A DNA stretch of 64,000 nucleotides from NCBI GenBank assembly GCA_963833225.1, contig CAWHXD010000019.1, forward strand, positions 885,759-949,758, in the 5' to 3' direction. This DNA comes from an uncultured Chloroflexia bacterium. GTDB lineage: Bacteria; Chloroflexota; Limnocylindria; Limnocylindrales; CSP1-4. Positions 41,011-50,607 of this stretch are shown in pieces (the first letter of the stretch is position 1; the number at the start of each line of letters is the position of its first letter). A program made the translations under genes and the position numbers. The notes beneath the pieces were generated by a model. That model ran no database searches. It was not told the origin of the DNA and worked only from the letters and a program-made list of their open reading frames with translations.

Positions 41011-41367
41011 CTACGAGGCCGGCGTCCCGCAGTCCAGGCAGAACCGAGCGTCCGGGGCGTGGACGCTGCCGCAGGCCTCGCAGGCCCGCCCCGAGGCCGC
41101 GGGTGCCTCGGACCCGAGGGGGTGAGCCGCGGGCGTTGCCACCGAGGGCGCAGGCTCCGCCGGGCCGTTCGCCGCCTTGACGGCCGCCGCACCCACGCGC
41201 TTACCGCATCTCGGACACGCAACCCAGGCAGGGTCATCGAGCGGCGCCCGGCACGATGCGCAGCGCGGCGGCGCGAATGGATCAGGCGTTCCGCACGCTG
41301 GACAGGCCGTGACGTCACGATTGATGTAGGTCCCGCACCGCGGGCAGGGATGCTTGAACGTGGGCAC
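41011..41367 (-). CDS. Zinc-ribbon protein (six CxxC)
   Basis: CPRC, CPAC, CASC, CPRC, CEAC and CLDC motifs. Confidence 0.78.
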   Translation of the reverse strand: MPTFKHPCPRCGTYINRDVTACPACGTPDPFAPPRCASCRAPLDDPAWVACPRCGKRVGAAAVKAANGPAEPAPSVATPAAHPLGSEAPAASGRACEACGSVHAPDARFCLDCGTPAS

Positions 41368-41378
41368 GGTGCTCTCCG

Positions 41379-42708
41379 TCAGTCGAGGCCCGCGGCCTCA
41401 TCGATCTGGGCATCCTGGGCGGCCCGGCCGGGCCATTCCGCCGCCTCATCGCGGACGGCGCCATGCCAGGCGACGAGGTCGCGGAGGGCGGCCGACCAGC
41501 CGTCCGGGTCCCGGTGGACCAGCCTGGCGACGAATTCGAGCTCGGGCCGTGGCCAGCGTTGGCAGAGCGGCAAGGGCCAGCCGGTACCGCAGGAACTCTG
41601 GTTCCGCGAGTCGCCCGGCGGGGAGGGCGATCGGCTCGCGCAGGAAGCGGGCGTCGATGAGCGCCTCGGAGATGTCCGCCACGGCCGTCTCGAGGGCACC
41701 GCTCGGGAGCGTCCCGCTGAACGTGGCGCGCGGCATCACGCGGAACACATACGTCGCGTGGGCCCCCTCGCTCACAACTTCCATCGCGACCAGGTTGCCG
41801 GGCAGCCCGACAAGGAACCAGAGCCTGGGGGTGTCCGGCACGCTTGGCCGTTCGGGAGCCGCGGCGAGCCAGCGCGGTGCGGCATCGCCCCCGGCAAGCT
41901 CCCGCAAGGCAGCATACGACTGGTTGAACGGCGGGTGGCCCAGGACGGCCCTCTCCAGGGGTGCCCAGGGCTCGCCCAGGGTCGCCGGCGAGGCCGGGCG
42001 TCCGTCGACCAGCGCGGCCGCGCCCATGGCACGCGTTGCATACGGGGCGTCAGGGATGAGGGCGCCGACGATCGCCGCCGCGTCCGACGCAGCGCCCTCG
42101 CGGAGCGCGGTCCAGCGCTGTGCTGGTGGACGGCCAGCGCCCCCATGCGGAGGAGTCGCAGCGCCGGTCCGCCGGCCGGGTCAAGGGGCAGCGAGCGGCC
42201 GGCGCTGTCGATCCGGATCCCGCCCACGGCCGCGTCCAGCGCCACCTCGCCGAAATCCGCGCGCCGGACCCGCTTCCATGGATGGCGTTCGTCCACGGGG
42301 GCGAGCACCACGCCGCGGTCGTGGTGGATCAGCTGACCGACGCCCGAATTTGCCCGGTGCCTCGTACTCGACGAGCTCCACCTCAGCGTCGGGGGAAAGG
42401 GTCACGAGTCCATCCGCGAGCCGCTGGCGCAGCCGGCCCTCGCGCAGTCCGCGGGCCAGCGCGCCGGTCTGGGTGCCGAAGCGTTCGAGCAGCCAGGTGG
42501 AGGCCGACGCTCCTTCGCCCAGTCGCACGCGGACCGAGCCCGCGTCGACGGTGACCGCGACGGCGTCCCGGTATCCGGCGTAGACAGGCGCAGACCCGAC
42601 CACCGAGATCGAGAAGCCATCGGGCGCCAGCGTCACGGATGCCGGTGCGCCGACCCCGTCCGCGCGACGCGCCTCGCCCCTGAGCGTGGTGGTCTCTGCC
42701 TGGCTCAT
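41379..42708 (-). CDS. Hypothetical protein (~440 aa, several frameshifts)
   Basis: Consecutive coding-like fragments in ORFs 42181..42717, 41772..42311, 41446..42027 and 41379..41699; TACGAT 7 nt before the ATG. Confidence 0.55.
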
Positions 42709-42761
42709 GCCTACCATCGTAGGGGCACGTCCAAGGGATCGCGCGGCTGGCCCGTGTGTGC

Positions 42762-42896
42762 GGCGCCAACGGTCACGGGCGCAGGCGCCACCACGGTCCG
42801 ATCACGGTCGCAGGCGCCACCACGGTCCGGTCGCACGCGCCGGTCGGGTCGCGGGCGCCGTCGCGGGCGCCATCACGGTCCGGTCGCGGGCGCCGG
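42762..42896. repeat. Degenerate intergenic repeats CGC(A/G)GGCGCCA(C/T)CACGGTCCG
   Basis: Copies at 42780, 42809 and 42862 plus partial units. Confidence 0.6.
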
Positions 42897-43122
42897 ACGT
42901 CCCAACGGTTGCGTGCCGCAACGGCTCGGGCGTGGGCCGCTCGGAATGTTGCGGCGATGCGCCCATCGGCGCGCAGGTGGGGCTCCGAGCGCCCGGATCG
43001 TCCCGCTGCGCGCTCCCTTGGGCTCCCGGCGCCCCCGGGGGCTCGCCGGGTCGCCTGTCCGCCGGGCCCGGCGGCCCGTCCTACGCCTTACCCCGGTGGC
43101 CCGGCAAGGCCCAGAAACACGG

Positions 43123-43909
43123 TCAGATCCGAGCGGCGAAGCTCACGATGACGACCGCCAGCGAGGCGAAGATCTCGGTCACACCGACGTGGACCGGCCG
43201 GATGGGTCGACGGCCCGGGGCGAGCCGCCGCTGGAGCCACGGCAGCGCGGCGGCCCTCGCGGTGAGCGCCGCGGCCAGGATCGGAGTAGGGGATGGGCAG
43301 GGCAACGAAGGCCGCGGCCACCAGCAGCAGGTGGAATCCGACGGACAGCCCCAGGAACGCCCCGTTGCCGCGCTCCCGGAGCACCGACCTGACCACCAGC
43401 ACCGTCCCCAGCTGGTACCCGGCCGCGATCAGGGTGTAGGTGACAACTCGCGCCGGATCCCAGGCACCGGACACCCACGCGGCAGCGGGCACGAGCACCA
43501 GGGACTGGGCGACCTGCGCGAGGCTGTTGGCAAGGTCACGACGCGTTCCCGGCTGTGCGCCGCGGAACACGATCGCCGCGGTGGGCAGGACCACGATGCC
43601 CGCCAGCGCGAGCGGCGGGAAGGCGAACAGCAGCGTCACGCCGAGGATGGCGGCGACCGAGCCGTAGAGCGCGATGGGGAGGCGGTACTCGGGCGGGCGG
43701 CGGCTCCGCGACCAGGCCTGGGCCGTGGCCGATGCCAGGTATGCGGCGAGCGCAACCCCCGCGACGGCGAGCTGCCACGGATCGGCCCGGCTCGCCGCCA
43801 CGCCGAGCAGCACGGGGAGCAGGAGCATCGCCCACGCGCCATGCTGGCGGGGGATCCACAGGCGGTGGCCTGACACGGGCCTGGCGACGGGACGCGGGAG
43901 GGCGGTCAT
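43123..43909 (-). CDS. YwiC-like membrane protein (frameshift ~43280)
   Basis: WIPRQHGAWAMLLLP N-terminal signature, VRSVLRER and VGVTE motifs. Confidence 0.82.
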
Positions 43910-43929
43910 CGGGCCTACGGTACCGGTCG

Positions 43930-45255
43930 TCAGGCTGGGACGCCCTCCAGCCCACCCAGCTTCGTCCGGACCGGTTCCCGAACCGGCCGGAGCAGGATGG
44001 CCCCGATCACGAGCAGCCCGACCGCCATCGCAAACGCGACCCGCGGCCCGATGCCCGGGCTGATGACGGCGTTCGACAGGTCGATCAGGAGGCCGCCGAT
44101 CGCGAGGCCCACCAGCCCTGCCGTCGCGGTTGCCACGTTGCTGATGCCCATGTACCGGCCCGCCGACGCCTTGGGCACGAGATCGGTCAGCAGCGCCCAG
44201 TCAACGGCGAGGAACATGCCGAACCCCATGCCCATCACCAGGCCGCCGAAGACGGCAACCGGGATGACCGGTGCCACCGCAACGATCGCGAGCCCAGCCG
44301 ACCCGACGGCGCACGAGAGGTAGATCACCGGCTTTCGCCCCACCCGGTCCGACGCTCGCCCGGCAGGCAGCACCGCCACGAGGTTGCCGGTGATGAACGC
44401 CACCAGGACCGCCAGCATCGGCACGCCCGTCTCCGACTGCGTCAGCCCGAACGAGTCAACGAAGTAGAACAGCGCGAAGTTGGTGAGCATCGTCATGCCC
44501 ATCAACACGAACCAGCGCGACCCGACCAGCCACACGAACGACCGCTCGCGGAGGACATCGGTGCCCCAGGCCTCCATCCCGACCGAGCGCCAGCTCCGGC
44601 CGTTGCGGGGCTTGGCCGCGCGGCCTTCGTTCACCCGGATGACCACCGAGAGCATCGTCGCGAACTCCAGGACGCCAAGGGCCATCGTCCCCAGCCAGAA
44701 GCTGTTGGTCGCGACCGCCAGCGCGCCGATCGCAAACCCGGCCGCATTGCCCAGGACCTGGAACAGCCCGACGAGCGCGGATGCAAGCCCCACCTGTGGC
44801 TCCGGGACGAGATCCGGCACGTAGCCCTGGAACGGCCCCTGGGCGAAGTTGGAGGAGAACTGGAGCAGGGCCATGAAGGCCGCGATCGCGATCACCGTGT
44901 TCGATGACGCGATCCCCAGCAGGAACACGAGGTCGAGGGTCGTGCCGATGAACACGTACGGCTTGCGTCGACCCCAGCGGCTGATCGTGTAGTCGCTGAT
45001 CGACCCGATCGTCGGCTGGACCAGGACCGCGATCACCGTCCCCATCGCGCTCAGGATGAACAGCGTCGTGGCCTTGAACGCCTCGTCGCCGAGACCCTCG
45101 AAGATGATTCGCCCGCCCAGCAGGTTGTTGAGCCCGGCGAAGATGGAGCTCAGGCCAAGCCAGTACAGCGAGAGCCGGACGAGCTGACCCCTGGGCAGCA
45201 GCGCGGTGGGTCGCGCGGACGGGTCGTCCGCTGCGGACTGTGCCTCGACGGTCAT
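43930..45255 (-). CDS. MFS transporter (sugar/GPH-like)
   Basis: QPTIGSISD...WGRRKPY, PDLVPEPQ and SDRVGRK motifs. Confidence 0.88.
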   Translation of the reverse strand: MTVEAQSAADDPSARPTALLPRGQLVRLSLYWLGLSSIFAGLNNLLGGRIIFEGLGDEAFKATTLFILSAMGTVIAVLVQPTIGSISDYTISRWGRRKPYVFIGTTLDLVFLLGIASSNTVIAIAAFMALLQFSSNFAQGPFQGYVPDLVPEPQVGLASALVGLFQVLGNAAGFAIGALAVATNSFWLGTMALGVLEFATMLSVVIRVNEGRAAKPRNGRSWRSVGMEAWGTDVLRERSFVWLVGSRWFVLMGMTMLTNFALFYFVDSFGLTQSETGVPMLAVLVAFITGNLVAVLPAGRASDRVGRKPVIYLSCAVGSAGLAIVAVAPVIPVAVFGGLVMGMGFGMFLAVDWALLTDLVPKASAGRYMGISNVATATAGLVGLAIGGLLIDLSNAVISPGIGPRVAFAMAVGLLVIGAILLRPVREPVRTKLGGLEGVPA

Positions 45256-45558
45256 CGCGATGTCCTCCTTGACGGGACGGCGCGGGGTCCGGTCGCTCGT
45301 GGGCGGCACGTGGCCGGATCATGGCACGATCCGGCGATCGCTGATAGGGTCCGCCCCCTCAAACCGGTCATTGACAGGGATACAGCTGCATAGCGCCGAC
45401 CCGGCGGGACCCACCTGCCGCGCGGTCGATCATTCCCAGTCCGATCGGCCTCATGCGCGCCTTCGACGACGAAGCGCGTGCCCCCTCTCCAGTGCCGGGC
45501 GGCGCCGTCCCATCGCCACACCCACAAGTGGTCGTGCGGTGGCAGAGAGGAACCCCCA

Positions 45559-46167
45559 TTGCGCGTCAGCATCAGCGTGCCGGCCATCGGCCTGGCCACC
45601 GTCATCGCCCTTGCCGGGCTGACGTCAGCTCCCGCCTCGGTCGTTGCCACCGACCCGTCGCCGACCCCCGCCCCGACGGCAACGGAATCGCCGAGCCCCA
45701 GCCCGAGCCCAACACCCACGCCCACACCCGAGCCCACGCCGGACCCATCGTCCACCGCGGAGCCGACCGTCACCCGGGCTGATCTCATCCGCGAGGAGTA
45801 CCTGCGCGCCGCGAAGGTCGCGGTCCGCCAGCGGCACGACCGCTATGTCGCCGGCGGCACGGGGCCAAATGCCTTCGATTGCTCAGGGCTGGTCCGCTTC
45901 GCCTACCGGAAGGCGGGCATCAGCAGGCGCCTGGGCGGCGGCCACTCCGCCCGCGCGATGCTCGAATGGGCGCGCCGGCACGACAAGACGCGCAAGCACC
46001 ACCCGCGCATCGGCGATGTCGTGATCTGGGGCAACGGGCGCCACGCCGGCATCTACATCGGCCACGGCCGGGCGATCAGCGCCCTCAACCCACGGCAGGA
46101 CATCCGAATCACCGGGATCCACGCCCTGGGCGACCCGTTCACGACGTTCATCCGGACGCGTCCGTAG
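45559..46167 (+). CDS. NlpC/P60 cell-wall peptidase, secreted
   Basis: GAGAGG RBS plus TTG; signal peptide, PT linker, FDCSGLV, GD and HAGIYIG motifs. Confidence 0.88.
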   Translation: MRVSISVPAIGLATVIALAGLTSAPASVVATDPSPTPAPTATESPSPSPSPTPTPTPEPTPDPSSTAEPTVTRADLIREEYLRAAKVAVRQRHDRYVAGGTGPNAFDCSGLVRFAYRKAGISRRLGGGHSARAMLEWARRHDKTRKHHPRIGDVVIWGNGRHAGIYIGHGRAISALNPRQDIRITGIHALGDPFTTFIRTRP

Positions 46168-46228
46168 CGGCCTGCACGACCGGGCGCCCGGTAGCATGGA
46201 CCCGCCACCACGACGCTCCGGAGGCCGC

Positions 46229-47011
46229 ATGACCCCGCCCGAGATCCGGTCCTGGCTCATCGACATGGACGGCGTGCTCGTCCACGAGGAGACCGCCATC
46301 CCGGGTGCCGGCGCGTTCCTCGCCCGTCTCGGCGAGCTGGGCATGCGCTACATGGTCATGACCAACAACTCGATCTACACGCCCCGGGATCTCTCCGCCC
46401 GGCTGCGCGCGAGCGGGCTCGGACGTGCCCGAGGCGCACATCTGGACCTCGGCGCTGGCGACGGCGCGGTTCCTCAAGCGACAGCGGCCGGACGGGTCGG
46501 CGTTCGTCATCGGCGAGGCGGGCCTCACCACGGCGCTCCACGACGCCGGGTACACGCTCACCGAGCGGGACCCGGACTACGTCGTCCTGGGCGAGACCCG
46601 GACCTACAGCTTCGAGCGGGTCACGCGGGCGATCCGGCTGGTGGCCGGTGGTGCCCGGTTCATCGCCACCAACCCGGATCCCAGCGGCCCCACGCGCGGA
46701 CGGGCCGGTGCCCGCGACCGGTGCCGTCGCCGCCCTGATCTCGATGGCCACCGGCGTCCAGCCCTACTTCGTCGGCAAGCCGAACCCGCTCATGGTCCGC
46801 AGCGCGCTCAACGCGCTCGACGCCCACTCCGAGGCGGCCGGCGATCATCGGCGACCGGATGGACACGGACATCAAGTCGGGTCTCGAGGCCGGGATGTAC
46901 ACGGTCCTGGTGCTCACGGGCTCGACCGGCGCGGCCGAGGTGGATCGCTTCCCGTTCCTGCCGTCGAAGATCGTGCCCTCGATCGGGGACCTGGTGGGCG
47001 ACCTCCAGTAG
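46229..47011 (+). CDS. HAD-IIA (NagD-like) hydrolase, frameshifted
   Basis: DMDGVL, TNNS, ATNPD, GKPNP and GDRMDTDI motifs across frames. Confidence 0.87.
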
Positions 47012-47142
47012 GCCGGACGATCGGGGTCTGGGCGGACGACCCTTCCATCTGGCCGTTGCGACCCGAGCGTATGATGGCACCGAACCTCAGGTCCGCGACC
47101 TGTTTGGGAGCGGATGATGGCGTTGTGTTCCAGGGTGGCGTG

Positions 47143-47673
47143 ATGGCAGGGATGATCAGTCGGCGGTGGTGGCTCACCGCGTTTGCGGCGCTCATGCTCA
47201 CGGTGATTGCGGCGGGCACGGCCGTTGCGTACTCGGGCGAGGTCGCCGCGAGCGTCAGCCTCAGCCGGGCAAGCGGGACGCTCAAGTGCGGCCAGAACAT
47301 CACGGTCTCGGCCCTTGTCCAGGACAAGGACGGCAAGCCCATCGAGGGCCAGCCGGTCGCCTGGTCCTGGATCTCGCGCGTGAGCAAGTCGGACGTGATC
47401 AAGAAGACCTCGAGCACGACCAACGCGAGTGGGATCGCCCACACGACGGTCAACCTCGCGTGCGTCCCCGGCAGCCGCAGGCTTGGCGCGACGGCCGATG
47501 GGATCCGCGGACCGATCACCCTCAACGTGACCGCCGCCGGTCTCCCGCGCACGTCCACCGCGTTGACCGGTGCCCCGCTCTCGACGGACCCGATGGTCGG
47601 CACGTTGCTGGCGCTGCTGGCGCTCATGGTCGGCGGCGGGCTGGTCTTGCGCGGAGCCCTGACCAGGCGCTAG
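47143..47673 (+). CDS. Secreted Ig-like (Big_1-like) protein with LPRTS sorting-like signal
   Basis: Signal peptide; V[13 protein letters not shown]...TTNASG; LPRTST followed by a TM helix and terminal RR. Confidence 0.75.
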   Translation: MAGMISRRWWLTAFAALMLTVIAAGTAVAYSGEVAASVSLSRASGTLKCGQNITVSALVQDKDGKPIEGQPVAWSWISRVSKSDVIKKTSSTTNASGIAHTTVNLACVPGSRRLGATADGIRGPITLNVTAAGLPRTSTALTGAPLSTDPMVGTLLALLALMVGGGLVLRGALTRR

Positions 47674-47736
47674 CGAGCTGCCCGCACCCACTCCTCGTGC
47701 GCGCCGGTCCGGCGCGGGTTCGGCTAGCCTGATCTC

Positions 47737-48435
47737 ATGACCGGCTCCAATCAGCGTTCCGGTGGTGAGCGCTCGCGCCTGGTCGCCGGTCGCGGCCGCG
47801 TGCTCGCGATCGCCGCGGGCGTCGTCCTCATCCTCGCGGCGTCGGTCGCCCTTGCCTTCGTCCTGGGTGGCGGCCTGGAGGGCGCATCGACCCCGACAGC
47901 GTCCCCTCGGGCTGCGGTTGTCACGGCCGAGCCCGGCCAGACCAGCGCATCGACGGCGTCGCCGGCCGCCACGCTCGGAACCGGATCAGCCAGCCCAACG
48001 GCCGGACCGGCCTCGACCGCGACGCCCGAGTCGACACCGACCGCCGGCGTTCGCGCCAAGCGGATCCACATCGACCGGTTGGGGATCGACCTCGCGATCG
48101 TTGAGGGTGACGGCATCGACGCCCCGATCGGCAAGGCGGCCCACTTCCCCGGGTCCGGGTGGCCGGGTGGCGGCACCAACATCTACATCTACGGTCACGC
48201 CCAGGACGGGATGTTCATCACGCTCTGGGATGCGCGCAAGGGCGACACCGTCGTGCTCGACCTCATCGATGGCACGCATCGAACCTATGTCGTGACCAAG
48301 GTGCTGCCGAAGGTCCCGTGGGACGCGGTCGAGTATCTCGACCCCACCCCGACGGAACAGCTCACGCTCCAGACTTCCACGTCCTACTACGCCACGGCGC
48401 CGCGGTTCGTCGTCATCGCCGTCCCGCAGTCGTGA
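47737..48435 (+). CDS. Sortase-family protein with Ser at the catalytic Cys position
   Basis: N-terminal TM, I-x-RLGID, GSGWPGGGTNIYIYGH, LTLQTS...RFVV. Confidence 0.85.
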   Translation: MTGSNQRSGGERSRLVAGRGRVLAIAAGVVLILAASVALAFVLGGGLEGASTPTASPRAAVVTAEPGQTSASTASPAATLGTGSASPTAGPASTATPESTPTAGVRAKRIHIDRLGIDLAIVEGDGIDAPIGKAAHFPGSGWPGGGTNIYIYGHAQDGMFITLWDARKGDTVVLDLIDGTHRTYVVTKVLPKVPWDAVEYLDPTPTEQLTLQTSTSYYATAPRFVVIAVPQS

Positions 48436-50492
48436 GCGACCCGACAACGACCCCGGAAGAGACGGAGCCCAAACCCGCACCCGGGGCGCCGGCGCTCGTG
48501 TTCCCGACACCCTCACCGCAGCGCCGGAGGCGCCGCCGCCGCTCTCGCCGCCGGACGTGGCTCCGGGTGTCCATCGGCCTTGGTGCGCTGCTGGCCATCC
48601 TCGTCGTGGTCGGCGGCGCCCTCGCCGTTCTTCGCTATCTCCCGGCCTACGACGACGCGAAGGCCCTGCGCGGCGACCTCGAGCAGATGGTCGGCCGGAT
48701 CCGCGAGGCCGGCCTGGCCCTGGACCGGACCACCGTGGATCAGCTCGACGCGGACCTGGTGGCGGCACGGGCCCGTTTCGACAACCTGAGCGACCTCCTC
48801 GCGAACGACCCGCTGGTGGCCATCGCCCGCGCCGTGCCCGCGACGGCCGCGAACGTGGAGGGCGCCGACGCCATCGTGGCCGCGGCGGGCGACCTGTTCG
48901 GGGCCACGGGTGACGGCCTTGCGATCGGACGCCGGTTCGTCGAGATCAAGGAGGCGCAGGCCGCGGACCCGGCGGGCGGGTCGGCGCTGGCGCAGCTCGT
49001 GGAGCTGGTGGCCACCTCGCGTGAGCGCATCGCCGGTGTCGCCGCCGCGATCGACCGCGCGCGGCGGACGCTCGCGGACGTCCCCGACGGGCTCGTCAGC
49101 CCGCTGGAAGCGGCGCGCGACGCCATGATCACCCGGCTCGACGAGTACGGGCCGATGGTGGACGGCCTCGCCGAGGTGAGCGGTCCAGTGCCCTCGATCC
49201 TTGGCTGGGACGCGCCGCGGCGCTACCTGGTCCTGACCCAGAACCCGGCAGAGCTCCGGCCAACCGGCGGCTACACCGGTAGCTACGGGCTCATCACGTT
49301 CGACAAGGGCCGGATCACGGAGAGCACGTTCCGGGACATCTACCAGCTGGACCTGCCGTGGGACTACCCGTTCATCAGGGGGCCCCAGGAGCTGCACGAC
49401 TATCTCCTGGGCGAGGCGCAGCCCTGGCAGCTGGCCGACGCGAACTGGTCGCCGGACTTCCCCACGAGCGCCAGGAACGCCATCCGTCTCTACGAGAACG
49501 AGTCGGGTGATACCCGGATCGACGGCGTCATCGCGCTCAACACGTACACCATCGACCGGCTGCTCGAGCTCACCGGGCCGATCACGCTCCCAGGCTATGG
49601 CCTGACGATTGCCCCGGGCGAGACGACGCTCAAGCTGATGCAGGCGATCTGGGAGGCGGCGGCCAGCGGGTCGGCGAATCGCAAGGCCGTGCTTGGCCCG
49701 TTCGCGCAGCAGCTGTTCTCCTCGCTCCTGGGCCTGCCACCGGAGAGCTGGAGCCAGCTGGCCGGCGACGCCGAGACCTACCGCCGGGAGCGCCTCCTGC
49801 TCGCCTGGTTCAAGGATCCGGCCGCCCAGCAGCTGGTGGTGGACAGCGGGTTCGACGGGGCCGTGCGCCAGGATCCCGGCGACTACGTCTACCCGGTGGA
49901 CTCGAACGTCGCCCCCACCTCCAAGCTCAACGCCGTCACCACCCGGTCCCTGGACCTCCAGGTGCAGATCGACGAGTACGGGAACGCCGTGGATCACCTC
50001 AGGATCCAGTGGGCGAACGAGATCGAGAGCGACGCCGGCAGCCCGTACCGCGCGCTGCCCATCGTGGGCGACCTGCGGATCCTGGGCATGTACTTCCGGC
50101 TCCTGGTGCCGGAGCGGAGCCGCGTGGACGAGGTGTCCGGGGGAAGCTACGCACCCCTCAGCGACCCCGCCGTCGTGGAGGACGCCAACGGTCGCACCGT
50201 GATCGCCAACTATCTCAAGATCCCCCCGGGACGGACCACGCTGACCTATGCGTGGACAAGCCCGTACGCCTCGGATGCCGACGAGACCGGCGGGACCTAT
50301 CGCCTGACGATCCAGAAGCAGCCGGGCCTGCTCCCCGGACCCCTGACGCTCACCATCCGCGCCCCCGAAGGCTTCCGGATCACCGACGCAAGCCCCGACC
50401 TGACCGTGGTCGGGGACACCGCGACCCTGGAGACCACCTTCGACCAGGACCTCACGGTGGAGCTGCGGTATGCGCCGGCGACGACGCCGTGA
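48432..50492 (+). CDS. DUF4012 domain protein
   Basis: YLVLTQNPAELRPTGG, ANWSPDFP, DGVIA and QKQPG motifs; GTGA overlap with the sortase. Confidence 0.88.
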   Translation: MSDPTTTPEETEPKPAPGAPALVFPTPSPQRRRRRRRSRRRTWLRVSIGLGALLAILVVVGGALAVLRYLPAYDDAKALRGDLEQMVGRIREAGLALDRTTVDQLDADLVAARARFDNLSDLLANDPLVAIARAVPATAANVEGADAIVAAAGDLFGATGDGLAIGRRFVEIKEAQAADPAGGSALAQLVELVATSRERIAGVAAAIDRARRTLADVPDGLVSPLEAARDAMITRLDEYGPMVDGLAEVSGPVPSILGWDAPRRYLVLTQNPAELRPTGGYTGSYGLITFDKGRITESTFRDIYQLDLPWDYPFIRGPQELHDYLLGEAQPWQLADANWSPDFPTSARNAIRLYENESGDTRIDGVIALNTYTIDRLLELTGPITLPGYGLTIAPGETTLKLMQAIWEAAASGSANRKAVLGPFAQQLFSSLLGLPPESWSQLAGDAETYRRERLLLAWFKDPAAQQLVVDSGFDGAVRQDPGDYVYPVDSNVAPTSKLNAVTTRSLDLQVQIDEYGNAVDHLRIQWANEIESDAGSPYRALPIVGDLRILGMYFRLLVPERSRVDEVSGGSYAPLSDPAVVEDANGRTVIANYLKIPPGRTTLTYAWTSPYASDADETGGTYRLTIQKQPGLLPGPLTLTIRAPEGFRITDASPDLTVVGDTATLETTFDQDLTVELRYAPATTP

Positions 50493-50607
50493 CCGATGAG
50501 GGCCCGTCTGTATACTCGCCGATGGACCCCGTCGGCCGTGTCCCCGGCCCGCGCGCCGTGATCGCGACGCACCGCCGGCCGGGAAGCTCGTAGGGGACTG
50601 CCAACCG

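Noticed and set aside
50511-50593. Short ORF after TATACT upstream of the Wzc-like gene as a leader peptide
   Set aside because: No telling composition or attenuator structure; more likely just the promoter and 5' UTR.
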